DNA of 41,857 bases from an uncultured Caulobacter sp. (GCA_936942565.1 CAKZJK010000028.1:1-41857), one strand, 5' to 3'; counted from the stretch's first letter, positions 8,892 to 18,382 are shown. Numbers and translations: made by a program. The notes: a model not told the origin generated them from the sequence alone.

Positions 8892-10667
8892 ATGGACAAG
8901 GGCAGCGCGCGAGCCGCCGCGTTGACGCGCCTGGCGATCGGCCTGGCGCAGGGAATCGCGCTGTTCCTGCTGCAAAAGGCCGACGAGGGGAAAAGCTGGC
9001 CGGCCACCCAACCCGTGCTCTACGCCCCGCTGCTGCTCTGCGTCCTGGCGGTTCCCCTGCTGCCGCTATCGGCTCTGTCGGCGATGCGCCGAAGGGCCCT
9101 GCTCGCCTGGAGCGCGGTCGCCGCCGCCTTGGTCGCGATCATGGCGGTCCATGCCGCCTGGGTCGGCGCGGCGCCCGATCGCCTGGGGGCCGGACCGCTG
9201 TCGCCGCCGGTGTTCGTCGCCGTGGCCGTCCTGCTGTTCATCGCCCACCATCTGGTCCAGCCGGCCGAGGCGGCGGGCAAGCCGGTCGCGCCCTACGCCG
9301 ACTATTTCGACCTCGTCGGGACCAACGTCGTCCGCCTCTTTCTGTCGCTGGCGTTCACGGGGGCGTTCTGGCTGCTGCTGTTCCTGGCCGGCGCGCTCTT
9401 CAAGCTGATCGGCGTCGAGGCGATCCAGAAGCTGATCGGCGAGACCGCCTTCGCCTTCCCCGCCACGGGCCTGATGTTCGCCGCCGCCGTCCACATGGCC
9501 GTGCAGCTGACCGAGGCGCGCGCGGGCCTGGTGCGCGGCGTGCGGACCGTGGGCCTCGTCCTGCTGGCCTGGCTGCTGCCACTGATGGTGGTGATCGCCG
9601 GCGGCTTCCTGGCCACCTTGCCGTTCACGGGCCTGGCCCCGCTGTGGAGCACCAAGGCCGCGGCCTCCCTGCTGCTGTCGGCCGCCGCCGCCCTGATCAT
9701 CCTGATCAACGCCGCCTATCAGGACGGTCTCGAGCCGCCCAACCCGATCCTGCGCTGGGCCGCGCGGGCGGCGAGCCTGCTGCTGATCCCGATCGTCGCC
9801 CTGACCGCCTACGCCTTGTGGCTGCGGATCCACCAGTATGGCCTGACGCCCGACCGGGTGATGGCGGTGACCTACCTGATCGTCGCGCTGGGCTTCACGA
9901 TCGGCTACACGCTCGCCGCCACGCGACCGGGCGCCTGGATGAAGCCGCTGGAGGCGACCAACCTCGTCATGGCCGCCGTCTCGGTCCTTCTGCTGATCGC
10001 CCTCTTCACGCCGATCGCCGATCCCGCGCGGCTGTCGGTGGGAAGCCAGGTCAAGCGGCTGGAGAGCGGTAAGGTCGCGGCGGAGAGATTCGACTTCCAG
10101 TTCCTGCGGTTTAGGAGCGGTCGCTACGGCAGCCTGGCGCTGGAGCAGTTGAAGTCGGGCCGCGACGCCGAGGTCGCCAAGCGCGCCGTCGCGGCTTCGA
10201 CCCTGAAGGCCTGGACCATCCCAGAAAGCGACAAGCCCGACTTTTCCAAGATCGTCGTCTATCCGACCGGCGCGAAACTGCCCGCCAGCTTTGTCAGCCA
10301 GGATTGGGGCACCCAGCGCCCCACCTGCGTCAACGCCGACTCCAACTGCCGGGCGCTGCTCCTCGATGTCGACGGCGATGGCGCCGATGAGGTGCTGCTG
10401 GGCGACGAGATCAGATTTGATGTTTTCAAGACATCAGAGGGGCGCTGGGCGCGAGTCGCGGCGACCTCGACAGCCTGCGGCTTCGTGGATTTCGACTCGG
10501 CGTTGAAGAGCGGCCAAGTCCGCATGGGCGAGCCCCTGCCGCGTCGCGACCTCATGGTCGGCGACAGGGCCCTGATGCTTGAACCGACCGACAAGGGCTG
10601 CCCTCGAGAGGCGGCGCCCCATACCCTCAAGCCCGTCAGTGGCGGCCTGTTCGGCGCTCCCTTCTAA
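8892..10667 (+). CDS. Multi-pass membrane protein, DUF4153-like
   Basis: About 11-12 TM segments, LRIHQYGLTPDR motif and a C-terminal soluble domain; GC3-rich frame. Confidence 0.65.
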   Translation: MDKGSARAAALTRLAIGLAQGIALFLLQKADEGKSWPATQPVLYAPLLLCVLAVPLLPLSALSAMRRRALLAWSAVAAALVAIMAVHAAWVGAAPDRLGAGPLSPPVFVAVAVLLFIAHHLVQPAEAAGKPVAPYADYFDLVGTNVVRLFLSLAFTGAFWLLLFLAGALFKLIGVEAIQKLIGETAFAFPATGLMFAAAVHMAVQLTEARAGLVRGVRTVGLVLLAWLLPLMVVIAGGFLATLPFTGLAPLWSTKAAASLLLSAAAALIILINAAYQDGLEPPNPILRWAARAASLLLIPIVALTAYALWLRIHQYGLTPDRVMAVTYLIVALGFTIGYTLAATRPGAWMKPLEATNLVMAAVSVLLLIALFTPIADPARLSVGSQVKRLESGKVAAERFDFQFLRFRSGRYGSLALEQLKSGRDAEVAKRAVAASTLKAWTIPESDKPDFSKIVVYPTGAKLPASFVSQDWGTQRPTCVNADSNCRALLLDVDGDGADEVLLGDEIRFDVFKTSEGRWARVAATSTACGFVDFDSALKSGQVRMGEPLPRRDLMVGDRALMLEPTDKGCPREAAPHTLKPVSGGLFGAPF

Positions 10668-12457
10668 CCCACCCCCTCGCTGATCGCGTTGAGCCGGGCA
10701 TAGACGCCACCCGTGGCTTTCAGCTCGGCGTGGCGGCCTTCCTCGACGACGCGGCCCTTCTGGAAGACCAGGATCCGGTCGGCGCCGCGCACCGTCGACA
10801 GGCGGTGGGCGATGACGATCGTCGTGCGGCCCTCCATCAGCGCCTCGGCGGCGGCCTGGACGAGGCCTTCGGTCTCGACGTCCAGCGACGAGGTCGCCTC
10901 GTCCAAGACCAGGATCGGGGCGTCGGCCAGGAAGGCGCGGGCGATGGCCACGCGCTGGCGCTCGCCGCCCGACAGCTTGACGCCCCGCTCGCCGACCAGG
11001 GTGTCGTAGCCCTTGGGCAGCTTCAGGATGAAGTCGTGGGCGCGCGCCTTCTTGGCGGCCGCCTCGACCTCCTCGCGGGTCGCGCCGGGCTTGGCGTAGG
11101 CGATGTTCTCGTACAGCGAACGGTGGAACAGGGCCGGATCCTGCGGCACCACCGCGATGGCGCGGCGCAAGGACGTCTGGGTCACCATCGAGACGTCCTG
11201 CCCGTCGATGAAGATCGCCCCGTCCTGCAGGTCGTGCAGGCGCTGGACCAGCTTGACGAAGGTCGACTTGCCCGAGCCCGTCGGGCCGACCAGGGCCACG
11301 CGCTCGCCGGGCGCGATCTTCAGGGAGAAGCGATCGTACAGCGGCGCGCCGGCGGCCTTGTAGCGGAAGGTCACGTCCCGGAACTCGATCGCGCCGGGAC
11401 CCGGCTGGAAGTCCGGCGCGCCGGGCGCGTCGGCGATCTGGGGCTCTAGCCGCGTCCAGGCCGCCACGTCCTCGGTGTCGTCGAGCCCCTTCTGAAGCAT
11501 GCGGATGTTCTCGCCCAGGTTCCGCAGGTAGCCGCTCATCAGCATGAAGGCGGTGATCGCGAAGGCCACGTCGCCGGGCGTGGCCGTGCCTTGCGTCCAG
11601 CCCCAGACCATGGCGCCGGTCAGACCGGCCTGCAGCACGACGAGCAGCAGGTTCTGCCCCAGCCACACGTCGGTGAAGCGGTTCCAGGTCACCATCACCG
11701 CGTCGCGCCAGGCGGCCGTGACCTCGGCCAGGCGCTGGGCCTCGCGCTGCTCGGCGCCGAAGCTCTTCACGGTCGGGTTCGAGGTCACGGCGTCGGCCAG
11801 GGCCCCGCCGATCTGGGAGTCGAAGGCGTTGGACCTCAGGTTGCTCGGCCGTACATAGCGCTCGGTGACCCACAGGTTGACCGACAGATAGGCGATCACC
11901 ACGACCAGCGAGATCCCACCCGCCAGCGGCTGGCGGATCAGCATGGCGACGGAGAGGCCGACCAGCACGATGACGCCGGGCCCCAACCAGATCGTCACCG
12001 CGTCGGTGACGCTGTCATAGCCCCACATGGCGCGGGTCAGCTTGCGGACGGTGGCGCCAGCGAAGCTGTCGGCATGCCAGTCCGACGAGAAGGCCTGCAC
12101 CTTGGCGAAGCTCTCGTTGGTCATCTCCTCCATGTTCCGGGCCGCCAGCGGGATCCAGAACCGGTGGGCGATGTTGCGCACCACAGCGAAGGCGAAATAG
12201 ACGCCGATGAACATGGCCAGCGCCGACCAGGCGCCGGCGTCGCCGCGCGGCTTGGTCGCGACGGTGTCCACCAGGTGTCCCGAGGCGTAGGGCAGAGCCA
12301 GGTCGAAGCCGACCGCCACCAGGGTCAGGCCGACGCCCAGGCCGAACAGCAGCGGCCGCCGCTTCCAGAAGCGGGCGATGAAGGCCAGCACCTGGCGGTT
12401 GGACAGCGCGCGTTTTCGGGCGCCGATTTCGTCTTCGTCCTCGAACAGATCGCTCAT
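10664..12457 (-). CDS. ABC transporter, fused permease + ATPase (exporter fold)
   Basis: N-terminal TM domain; [36 protein letters not shown] and IAHRLST. Confidence 0.93.
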   Translation of the reverse strand: MSDLFEDEDEIGARKRALSNRQVLAFIARFWKRRPLLFGLGVGLTLVAVGFDLALPYASGHLVDTVATKPRGDAGAWSALAMFIGVYFAFAVVRNIAHRFWIPLAARNMEEMTNESFAKVQAFSSDWHADSFAGATVRKLTRAMWGYDSVTDAVTIWLGPGVIVLVGLSVAMLIRQPLAGGISLVVVIAYLSVNLWVTERYVRPSNLRSNAFDSQIGGALADAVTSNPTVKSFGAEQREAQRLAEVTAAWRDAVMVTWNRFTDVWLGQNLLLVVLQAGLTGAMVWGWTQGTATPGDVAFAITAFMLMSGYLRNLGENIRMLQKGLDDTEDVAAWTRLEPQIADAPGAPDFQPGPGAIEFRDVTFRYKAAGAPLYDRFSLKIAPGERVALVGPTGSGKSTFVKLVQRLHDLQDGAIFIDGQDVSMVTQTSLRRAIAVVPQDPALFHRSLYENIAYAKPGATREEVEAAAKKARAHDFILKLPKGYDTLVGERGVKLSGGERQRVAIARAFLADAPILVLDEATSSLDVETEGLVQAAAEALMEGRTTIVIAHRLSTVRGADRILVFQKGRVVEEGRHAELKATGGVYARLNAISEGVG

Positions 12458-12485
12458 GGCGAGGCTACATAAGGCCTCGGGAGCC

Positions 12486-12770
12486 TTAGCGGGAGGCGCC
12501 TTTTCGTCGGCCGAACGGCCGCCAACGCAGGAACCACCGGATCGCCGGCCCGATCACCGGCGTGCGCAGCATCGGTCGGACCGCGTGGGGACGGGTCTTC
12601 AGGAAGCAGACCACCGCGCCGATCCAGAAGACGGTGGTGGGCATGTAGGGAACGACCAGGCCCACGGCGCCGGTGGCGACCAGCACGCCGCCGAGGCCAT
12701 CCAGCGCCCAGCGCTCGGCGCGGCTAAGGCGACGGCGGCGCGAGCGACGATCCTGGACGGCGGAAGCCAT
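12486..12770 (-). CDS. Short YbaN/DUF454-like membrane protein
   Basis: GAVGLVVPYMPTTVFW...CF...P..GP.I resembles the DUF454 G..G..LP.LPTTPF...CF...FGP motif; SD GAGGA upstream of the ATG at 12770. Confidence 0.7.
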   Translation of the reverse strand: MASAVQDRRSRRRRLSRAERWALDGLGGVLVATGAVGLVVPYMPTTVFWIGAVVCFLKTRPHAVRPMLRTPVIGPAIRWFLRWRPFGRRKGASR

Positions 12771-12810
12771 GGCCCGATCCTCGCGCCCGGCGAACCCGCT
12801 GTCGAGAGGA

Positions 12811-12827
12811 TTGAGAGCCGCTCGCAA
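12811..12827. promoter_or_regulatory. Fur-like box
   Basis: TTGAGAG-CCG-CTCGCAA (reverse TTGCGAG-CGG-CTCTCAA) is a near-palindrome resembling the alphaproteobacterial Fur site TGCGAG-N3-CTCGCA, 41 nt upstream of the YbaN-like gene. Confidence 0.6.
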
Positions 12828-12839
12828 CATCGCGAGCCC

Positions 12840-13082
12840 TTAAGCGTGGCGGAGGCGCGGGCCCGGCGAGCGGCGATCCTTGGCGAGCCCCCGCCGGATG
12901 CGCGGGCCGAACTTGGTGGCCGAGGCCAGGCGAGCGACCATGCCGGCATCGCCGGACCGCGCGAAAAGCCGCGCGGCGACGGTCCATAGGGTCGTGGTCA
13001 CCGGGTGCGGCAGCACGATCCCGGCCGCGCCGCCGGCCATCAGCAGACTCCAGCCCGAGACACGAAGAGCGGCGGTGGTCAT
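12840..13082 (-). CDS. Second, more divergent YbaN/DUF454-like small membrane protein
   Basis: GGAAGIVLPHPVTTTLW...FARS...FGPRIR aligns by eye to the neighbouring gene and to the DUF454 motif; SD GAGGA upstream. Confidence 0.5.
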   Translation of the reverse strand: MTTAALRVSGWSLLMAGGAAGIVLPHPVTTTLWTVAARLFARSGDAGMVARLASATKFGPRIRRGLAKDRRSPGPRLRHA

Positions 13083-13100
13083 TGCGGAATTCCTCGGAGG

Positions 13101-13146
13101 AAAAAAGGCGGGGAGGACCAACGGAGCGGTGATGTGGTCCTCCCCG
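13101..13146 (-). terminator. Intrinsic terminator of the catalase gene
   Basis: 12-bp stem CGGGGAGGACCA/TGGTCCTCCCCG followed on the minus strand by CCTTTTTT. Confidence 0.8.
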
Positions 13147-13156
13147 AAATCGTCGC

Positions 13157-14617
13157 CTATTCGGCGGCGATGGCGATGTCGGCGATCGAGACCCCCACCC
13201 GTTGGGCGACGCCCGCGGCGTAGGCCGGATCGGCCCGGTGGAAGTGGACCAGCTGGCGCTTGATGATCGCTTCGGGCACGCCCTGCATGGCCGCCGCGAT
13301 GTTGTCGAACAGCTGGGTCTGCTGCTCGGGGCTCATCAGGCGGAACAGCGCGCCGGGCTGGCTGTAGTCGTCATTGCCGTCCCGGTGGTTGAAGCGGTCC
13401 GCGTCGCCGTGCAGCGGCAGCGGCGGCTCGGCGACCGAGGGGTCATCGACCGGCCCGCCGAAGCTGTTGGGCTCGTACCAGGCGTCGGTGCGCGGCGGGC
13501 TGTCGAAGCGCATGGCGCCGTCGGCGTGGTAGTGATGCACCGGGCAGCGCGGACGGTTGACCGGCAGCGCCTCGTAGTGCGTGCCGATCCGGTAGCGGTG
13601 GGCGTCGGCATAGGCGAAGATCCGCGCCTGCAGCACCTTGTCCGGCGAGAAGCCGACCCCCGGGACGATGTTCGACGGCGAGAACGAGCTCTGCTCGACC
13701 TCGGCGAAGTAGTTGTCCGGGTTGCGGTTCAGCTCCAGCACGCCGACCTCGATCAGCGGGAACTCGCCATGCGGCCAGACCTTGGTCAGGTCGAAGGGGT
13801 TGTAGGACGTCCGCTCGGCCTGTTCCTCGGTCATGATCTGCACGCAGAAGGTCCAGCGCGGATAGTCGCCGCCCTCGATGGCCTCGAACAGGTCGCGCTG
13901 GGCGCTCTCGCGGTCGCCCGCGATCACGGCGTTCCCTTCGGCGTTGGTCCAGTTCTTGATCCCCTGCTGGGACTTGAAGTGGAATTTCACCCACACCCGC
14001 TCATTGGCGGCGTTGATGAAGCTGTAGGTATGGCTGCCGAAGCCGTGCATGAACCGGTAGCCCTGCGGCAGGCCCCGGTCGCTGAACAGCGTCGTCACCT
14101 GGTGCAGGCTCTCGGGGCTCAGGCTCCAGAAGTCCCACATCGCCGTCGGCGAGCGCAGGTTGGTCACCGGGTGGCGCTTCTGGGTGCGGATGAAGTCGGG
14201 GAACTTCAGCGGGTCGCGGATGAAGAACACTGGCGTGTTGTTGCCCACCAGGTCCCAGTTGCCCTCCTCGGTATAGACCTTCAGGGCGAAGCCGCGCACG
14301 TCGCGCTCGGCGTCAGCCGCGCCGCGCTCGCCCGCCACGGTCGAGAAGCGCAGCAGAACCTCGCTCTCGGCGCCCGGCTGCAAGGCCTTGGCCTTGGTCC
14401 AGCGGCTGATGTCCTTGGTGATCTTCAGCGTGCCGTAGGCGGCCGAGCCCTTGGCGTGCACGACCCGCTCGGGGATTCGCTCGCGGTTCTGGTGGGCCAG
14501 CTTCTCCAGCAGCTGGTAGTCCTGCATCAGCAGCGGACCGCGCGGACCGGCGCTGATCGAATTCTGGTTGTCCGCGATCGGCGCGCCGGCCGTCGTGGTC
14601 ATCGTCGTCTTGGTCAT
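13157..14617 (-). CDS. katA: Monofunctional small-subunit heme catalase
   Basis: [13 protein letters not shown] (distal His), [19 protein letters not shown] and [12 protein letters not shown] (proximal Tyr); about 486 aa; SD GGAG. Confidence 0.95.
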   Translation of the reverse strand: MTKTTMTTTAGAPIADNQNSISAGPRGPLLMQDYQLLEKLAHQNRERIPERVVHAKGSAAYGTLKITKDISRWTKAKALQPGAESEVLLRFSTVAGERGAADAERDVRGFALKVYTEEGNWDLVGNNTPVFFIRDPLKFPDFIRTQKRHPVTNLRSPTAMWDFWSLSPESLHQVTTLFSDRGLPQGYRFMHGFGSHTYSFINAANERVWVKFHFKSQQGIKNWTNAEGNAVIAGDRESAQRDLFEAIEGGDYPRWTFCVQIMTEEQAERTSYNPFDLTKVWPHGEFPLIEVGVLELNRNPDNYFAEVEQSSFSPSNIVPGVGFSPDKVLQARIFAYADAHRYRIGTHYEALPVNRPRCPVHHYHADGAMRFDSPPRTDAWYEPNSFGGPVDDPSVAEPPLPLHGDADRFNHRDGNDDYSQPGALFRLMSPEQQTQLFDNIAAAMQGVPEAIIKRQLVHFHRADPAYAAGVAQRVGVSIADIAIAAE

Positions 14618-14661
14618 GGCTCGTCTCCGCCGTTGATGCGCGAACCTTGGCCGCCAGGCTT

Positions 14662-14709
14662 CAATAAATCCAATTGATCGTTTTTCTCGACGGGATCGGA
14701 TTTCTCTAT
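14662..14709 (-). promoter_or_regulatory. OxyR-type (LysR) binding site upstream of catalase
   Basis: The minus strand reads ATAG-N7-CGAT-N7-AGAA-N7-CAAT-N7-ATTG, matching the spacing of the OxyR consensus ATAG-N7-CTAT-N7-ATAG-N7-CTAT, in an AT-rich patch. Confidence 0.65.
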
Positions 14710-14804
14710 GTCCGCATGAGCAAGCTTGGCCGATCGCGCGCCGCACGGCTTGAACGTTATGGCCGCCCTTTTCCGCTTGGGCTGGCGCGGGTAAGCCTGC
14801 CGTC

Positions 14805-15740
14805 ATGAACACGCACGCCATCCTGCCCGACGCGGCGGCGACCAACTGGGTCGACCGCTACGCGCCTCCGAGCCTGCGGCCCTGGCTGAAGCTCGGTCGC
14901 TTCGACCGGCCGGCGGGCATTTGGCTGTTGATGCTGCCAGGCTGGCAGGGCGTCGCCCTGGCCGCCGCCGAGCAGGGCCGCTGGCCCAATCCGCTGCTGC
15001 TATTGGCGGTGTTCGTCGGCGCGGCGCTGATGCGAGCGGCCGGCTGCGCCTTCAACGACATCGTCGACCGCGACTTCGACGCCCAGGTCGCCCGCACGGC
15101 GATGCGCCCAATCCCGGCCGGGCTGATCAGCGTCAAGCAGGCCTGGGGTTTTCTGGTCGGCTGCAGCCTGGTCAGCTTCCTGATCCTGGTCTGCCTGGGC
15201 TGGACGGCGATCCTGCTGGGCGTGCTGTCGTTGGGCTTGGTCGCGGCCTATCCGTTCATGAAGCGCATCACCTGGTGGCCGCAGGCCTGGCTGGGCCTGA
15301 CCTTCAACTGGGGCGCCCTCTTGGGCTACGCCGCGGCCGTCGGGCATCTCTCGTGGTCGGCCGCCCTGCTCTACGCGGCGGGCATCTTCTGGACCCTGGG
15401 CTACGACACGATCTACGCCATCCAGGACATCGAGGACGACGCCCTGGCCGGCATCAAGTCCTCGACCCGGCGCCTGGGGAAGCACGTGAAGCTGGGCGTG
15501 GCGGGGTTCTATACGGTCTCGGCGGCGCTCCTGATCGCGGCCGCCTGGGTCGGAGGCCTGGGCCCCCTGTTCCTGCCCTTCGCCGGCGCCTTCGCCCTGC
15601 ACCTGTCGCGGCAGGCGGCGGCGGTGCGGCTGGATGACGGATCTGGCGCGCTGAAGCTCTTCAAGTCGAACGCGCTGGCGGGGTTGATCGTTGTCCTGGG
15701 CCTCGTCGCTGGACTGTGGAAGCCGGGCGTGAGCTTCTAG
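14805..15740 (+). CDS. ubiA: 4-hydroxybenzoate polyprenyltransferase
   Basis: [20 protein letters not shown]...RT..RP, YPFMKR and [13 protein letters not shown] motifs. Confidence 0.95.
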   Translation: MNTHAILPDAAATNWVDRYAPPSLRPWLKLGRFDRPAGIWLLMLPGWQGVALAAAEQGRWPNPLLLLAVFVGAALMRAAGCAFNDIVDRDFDAQVARTAMRPIPAGLISVKQAWGFLVGCSLVSFLILVCLGWTAILLGVLSLGLVAAYPFMKRITWWPQAWLGLTFNWGALLGYAAAVGHLSWSAALLYAAGIFWTLGYDTIYAIQDIEDDALAGIKSSTRRLGKHVKLGVAGFYTVSAALLIAAAWVGGLGPLFLPFAGAFALHLSRQAAAVRLDDGSGALKLFKSNALAGLIVVLGLVAGLWKPGVSF

Positions 15741-15750
15741 GAAAACGCGC

Positions 15751-15862
15751 CTCCCCTCCCCCCCGCGGGGAGGGGGCAGGGGGTGGGGGTGTCAGCGCCA
15801 CCCTAACCGATACGGAGCAGCGCCCCCATCCCCAACCCCTTCCCCGCGAGGGGGAAGGGGCT
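15751..15862. repeat. Alphaproteobacterial intergenic palindromic repeat (CCCCTCCCC...GGGGAGGGG type)
   Basis: Two terminal hairpins (CCCCTCCCC..GGGGAGGGG and CCCCTTCCCC..GGGGAAGGGG) plus an internal GGGGTGGGGG/CCCCCATCCCC inverted pair, lying between convergent genes. Confidence 0.75.
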
Positions 15863-15869
15863 CTAGGCC

Positions 15870-16820
15870 CTACTTGCTCGGCGCGAGACCCGTGTTCAGC
15901 ACCCAGCCGACATTGTCGTTTTCGTCGGCCACTTCCCACCACAGCTCCTGCTGCTTGCCGGTCGGGTAGACGATGGCGCCGGCGGGCAGGGTGCGGATCA
16001 GCTTGCCGCCGGCGACCGGGGTCGCGCGCAGGGCGACGGGGCGCTGGGCGGTGAAGGTCTTGGCCGGGGCGGCGGCGGCGGCCGGACCGGCCTCCGACAG
16101 CAGGCCCAGATCGCCGATCATCTTCGAATAGGCGTTGATGAACGACAGGGTGACGATGCGGCCGATGTCGGTGTCCTCGTAGCCGCCGCCCACCGCGCCG
16201 GCGAAGCTCAGGCCGCCGCCGGCGCCCCAGCCGATGTCGTTCTTCACCGCATAGCCTTCGGACACGGACATCGTCTCGGTCGTGCGAACGTTGGTCAGCG
16301 ACAGGACGGTGTTGGCTTCCAGCTTCTTGGTCTTGATGCCGCCGACCAGGCCGCCGACGCGACCGCCGATCAGGCCGCCGATGGCGCCGGCCACCGCGGT
16401 TCCGCCGACATTGCTGTTGCTGCCCTGGACTTCGGCGACCAGCACGTAATCGGCCGCCTTGACCTGGCCTTGGCCGACGTTCGAGCCGCGCTGCAGGCCG
16501 AGGTTGCCGCCGATGGCGCGCTCCTTCTCTGCCGCGCTGAGGCCAGCGCCCCGATCGACCAGGTTGAAGCAGCCCGAGCGCTGGACGATGGCGCGAAGCA
16601 CCTTCTGCGGCGAGGCGAGGTTGTACTGGGTCCAGCCGCTGGAATCGTCGCCGTCGACGATCGACAGCGTGCCCAGCTTGCGCGCGCAACGCGGCACTTC
16701 GCCCGAGGCTTGGGTCTGCATCTGCTGGCCCTTGCTGGCCTTGGCTTGAGCAAAACCGGTGGCGGGCGTGATGGCGCTGAGCGCCAGGCCGACGACCAGC
16801 GCGCTGCGGAAAGCTTTCAT
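15870..16820 (-). CDS. CsgG/HfaB-like secreted protein with C-terminal SH3-like domain
   Basis: Signal peptide; SGCFNLVDRG...ER...ADY CsgG-fold pattern; Gly-zipper; C-terminal LRATP...IRTL...WWEV...GWV (SH3b-like). Confidence 0.7.
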   Translation of the reverse strand: MKAFRSALVVGLALSAITPATGFAQAKASKGQQMQTQASGEVPRCARKLGTLSIVDGDDSSGWTQYNLASPQKVLRAIVQRSGCFNLVDRGAGLSAAEKERAIGGNLGLQRGSNVGQGQVKAADYVLVAEVQGSNSNVGGTAVAGAIGGLIGGRVGGLVGGIKTKKLEANTVLSLTNVRTTETMSVSEGYAVKNDIGWGAGGGLSFAGAVGGGYEDTDIGRIVTLSFINAYSKMIGDLGLLSEAGPAAAAAPAKTFTAQRPVALRATPVAGGKLIRTLPAGAIVYPTGKQQELWWEVADENDNVGWVLNTGLAPSK

Positions 16821-16895
16821 GTCTTGGCATTCCCCGTAAAAATGAGCGGACGCACTCGTACAGGCGAATTTTTACAAAGCAAAGTTACGGCGCGG

Positions 16896-17456
16896 TCATC
16901 CCGCGAAGCCGCCTTCATCCAGGAACTCTTGTTCGCCCGCCGTCGTCTCTCGGCCAAGACCCGCGTTGCGGTGGGGGAAACGGCCAAATCTGGCGATGAT
17001 GTCGCGATGCATCAGCGCCCACTTCATCGACTCCTCGTCGCCGGTGTCGGCCTGCAGGCCGGCGAACAGCTGGACGCTGAACTCTTGATCGACCAGCGAC
17101 TCCGAATGCTCGAACGGCAGGTAGAAGAACGGCCGCAGCGTCGGGTCGATGGCAGGGTCGTGGTCGTGGCCCGCGGCGATGGCGGCGCGGGCGAACATCC
17201 GCGCCAGCGGATCGGTGGCGAAGGCGTGGGGCGTGCCCCGGAACATGTTGCGCGGGAACTGGTCTAGCAGGATCAGCAGGGCCAGCGCCCCTTCCGCCGT
17301 TTCGGCCCAGGCGTCGTAGCGGCGCATCGAGGCGCGGTAGTGGGTCTGCTCGAACTTCAGCGCGATGGCGGAGTCGAACGCGGTGTCCTTGGCGAACCAC
17401 TTGGCGGGGCCCGCCTGGCGCCAGAAGCCGACGACGTCGTTGGGATGCGCGCTCAT
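16896..17456 (-). CDS. DUF924 family protein
   Basis: WF.KD..FD, LDQFPRNMFRG, FFYLPFEHSE and H.DII.RFGRFPHRN motifs; SD GGAGGA. Confidence 0.9.
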   Translation of the reverse strand: MSAHPNDVVGFWRQAGPAKWFAKDTAFDSAIALKFEQTHYRASMRRYDAWAETAEGALALLILLDQFPRNMFRGTPHAFATDPLARMFARAAIAAGHDHDPAIDPTLRPFFYLPFEHSESLVDQEFSVQLFAGLQADTGDEESMKWALMHRDIIARFGRFPHRNAGLGRETTAGEQEFLDEGGFAG

Positions 17457-17560
17457 CAAGTCCTCCGGCGTCCATGTTCAAACCCGGTTCATCCGGCGAG
17501 TCCGACACTGCTATCAAGGGACAAGCCCGGGCCTCGCTTCAAGGCCCTTCGGAGCAAGAC

Positions 17561-18328
17561 ATGAAACGTGTGATCACGACCGCCCTGGCGCTCTCGCTGC
17601 TGGCGGGGGCGGCCCAGGCCCAGGCGGTGGGGGCGGTGGTCGCTCAGCAGCAACAGCAGCAGCGCGAGCAGCGGCCACGAGACGACGGCCCGCGCCCGGA
17701 TCGCGGCGGCCAGCGCTGGGGCGATCGCGGCGGTGATCGCGGCGTCCGCCAGCCAGACGGCGGCTGGAACCGGGGCGATCGGCCCCAGCCGCCCCAGGGG
17801 CAGCCCCAACCCGCGCGCCCCGAAGGCGACCGGGACCGGGGCAGCGACGATCACCGGGGTGGGTGGGATCGCAACGACAACAATCGCCCCGGCGGGCCGG
17901 ATCGCGGACGGGACCGCGATCGCGACGATCATCGCTGGAACGACAACCGTGACCGGGACCGCAACGACTATCGCTGGAACGACAATCGGAGCTGGGAGTG
18001 GAACGACCGCGGCCGCGATCGCTATCGGGACCGCGACCGGGGACGGCCGAGCTATGACCGCTATACCTACCGTCCGTTCTATTCCGCGCCGCAACGCTAC
18101 CGCGCGCCGGGCTACGCCTATCCGCGCGGCTGGTATGCGCGGAGCTGGTCGTTCGGCGACTATCTGCCGGGCGGCTGGTACGGCAGCTCGTACTATCTCG
18201 ACGCCTGGCGCTATGGGCTGCCCCAGCCCCCGATCGGCTGCGAGTGGGTGCGGGTCGGCGGCGACGCTATCCTGGTGGACATCTGGAGCGGCCAGGTCCT
18301 GAGCGTCTGGCGCGATCTTTTCTGGTGA
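17561..18328 (+). CDS. RcnB family secreted protein with long low-complexity linker
   Basis: Signal peptide, an R/D/G/N-rich region, and the C-terminal W..GDYLP...WRYGL..PP.G..WVR.GGD..LVD..SG.V RcnB pattern. Confidence 0.8.
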   Translation: MKRVITTALALSLLAGAAQAQAVGAVVAQQQQQQREQRPRDDGPRPDRGGQRWGDRGGDRGVRQPDGGWNRGDRPQPPQGQPQPARPEGDRDRGSDDHRGGWDRNDNNRPGGPDRGRDRDRDDHRWNDNRDRDRNDYRWNDNRSWEWNDRGRDRYRDRDRGRPSYDRYTYRPFYSAPQRYRAPGYAYPRGWYARSWSFGDYLPGGWYGSSYYLDAWRYGLPQPPIGCEWVRVGGDAILVDIWSGQVLSVWRDLFW

Positions 18329-18348
18329 TCGTCTGCTGTTGAGCAAGG

Positions 18349-18382
18349 AGGGGCGGGGGAGCGATCCTCCGCCCCTTTTTCT
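18349..18382 (+). terminator. Intrinsic terminator after the RcnB-like gene
   Basis: AGGGGCGGGGGA-GCGA-TCCTCCGCCCCT followed by TTTT. Confidence 0.7.

Noticed and set aside
13202-14677. Long antisense ORFs opposite katA (also opposite ilvC, fumC, ilvB and ispB)
   Set aside because: Mirror frames of strongly codon-biased genes; no independent evidence.
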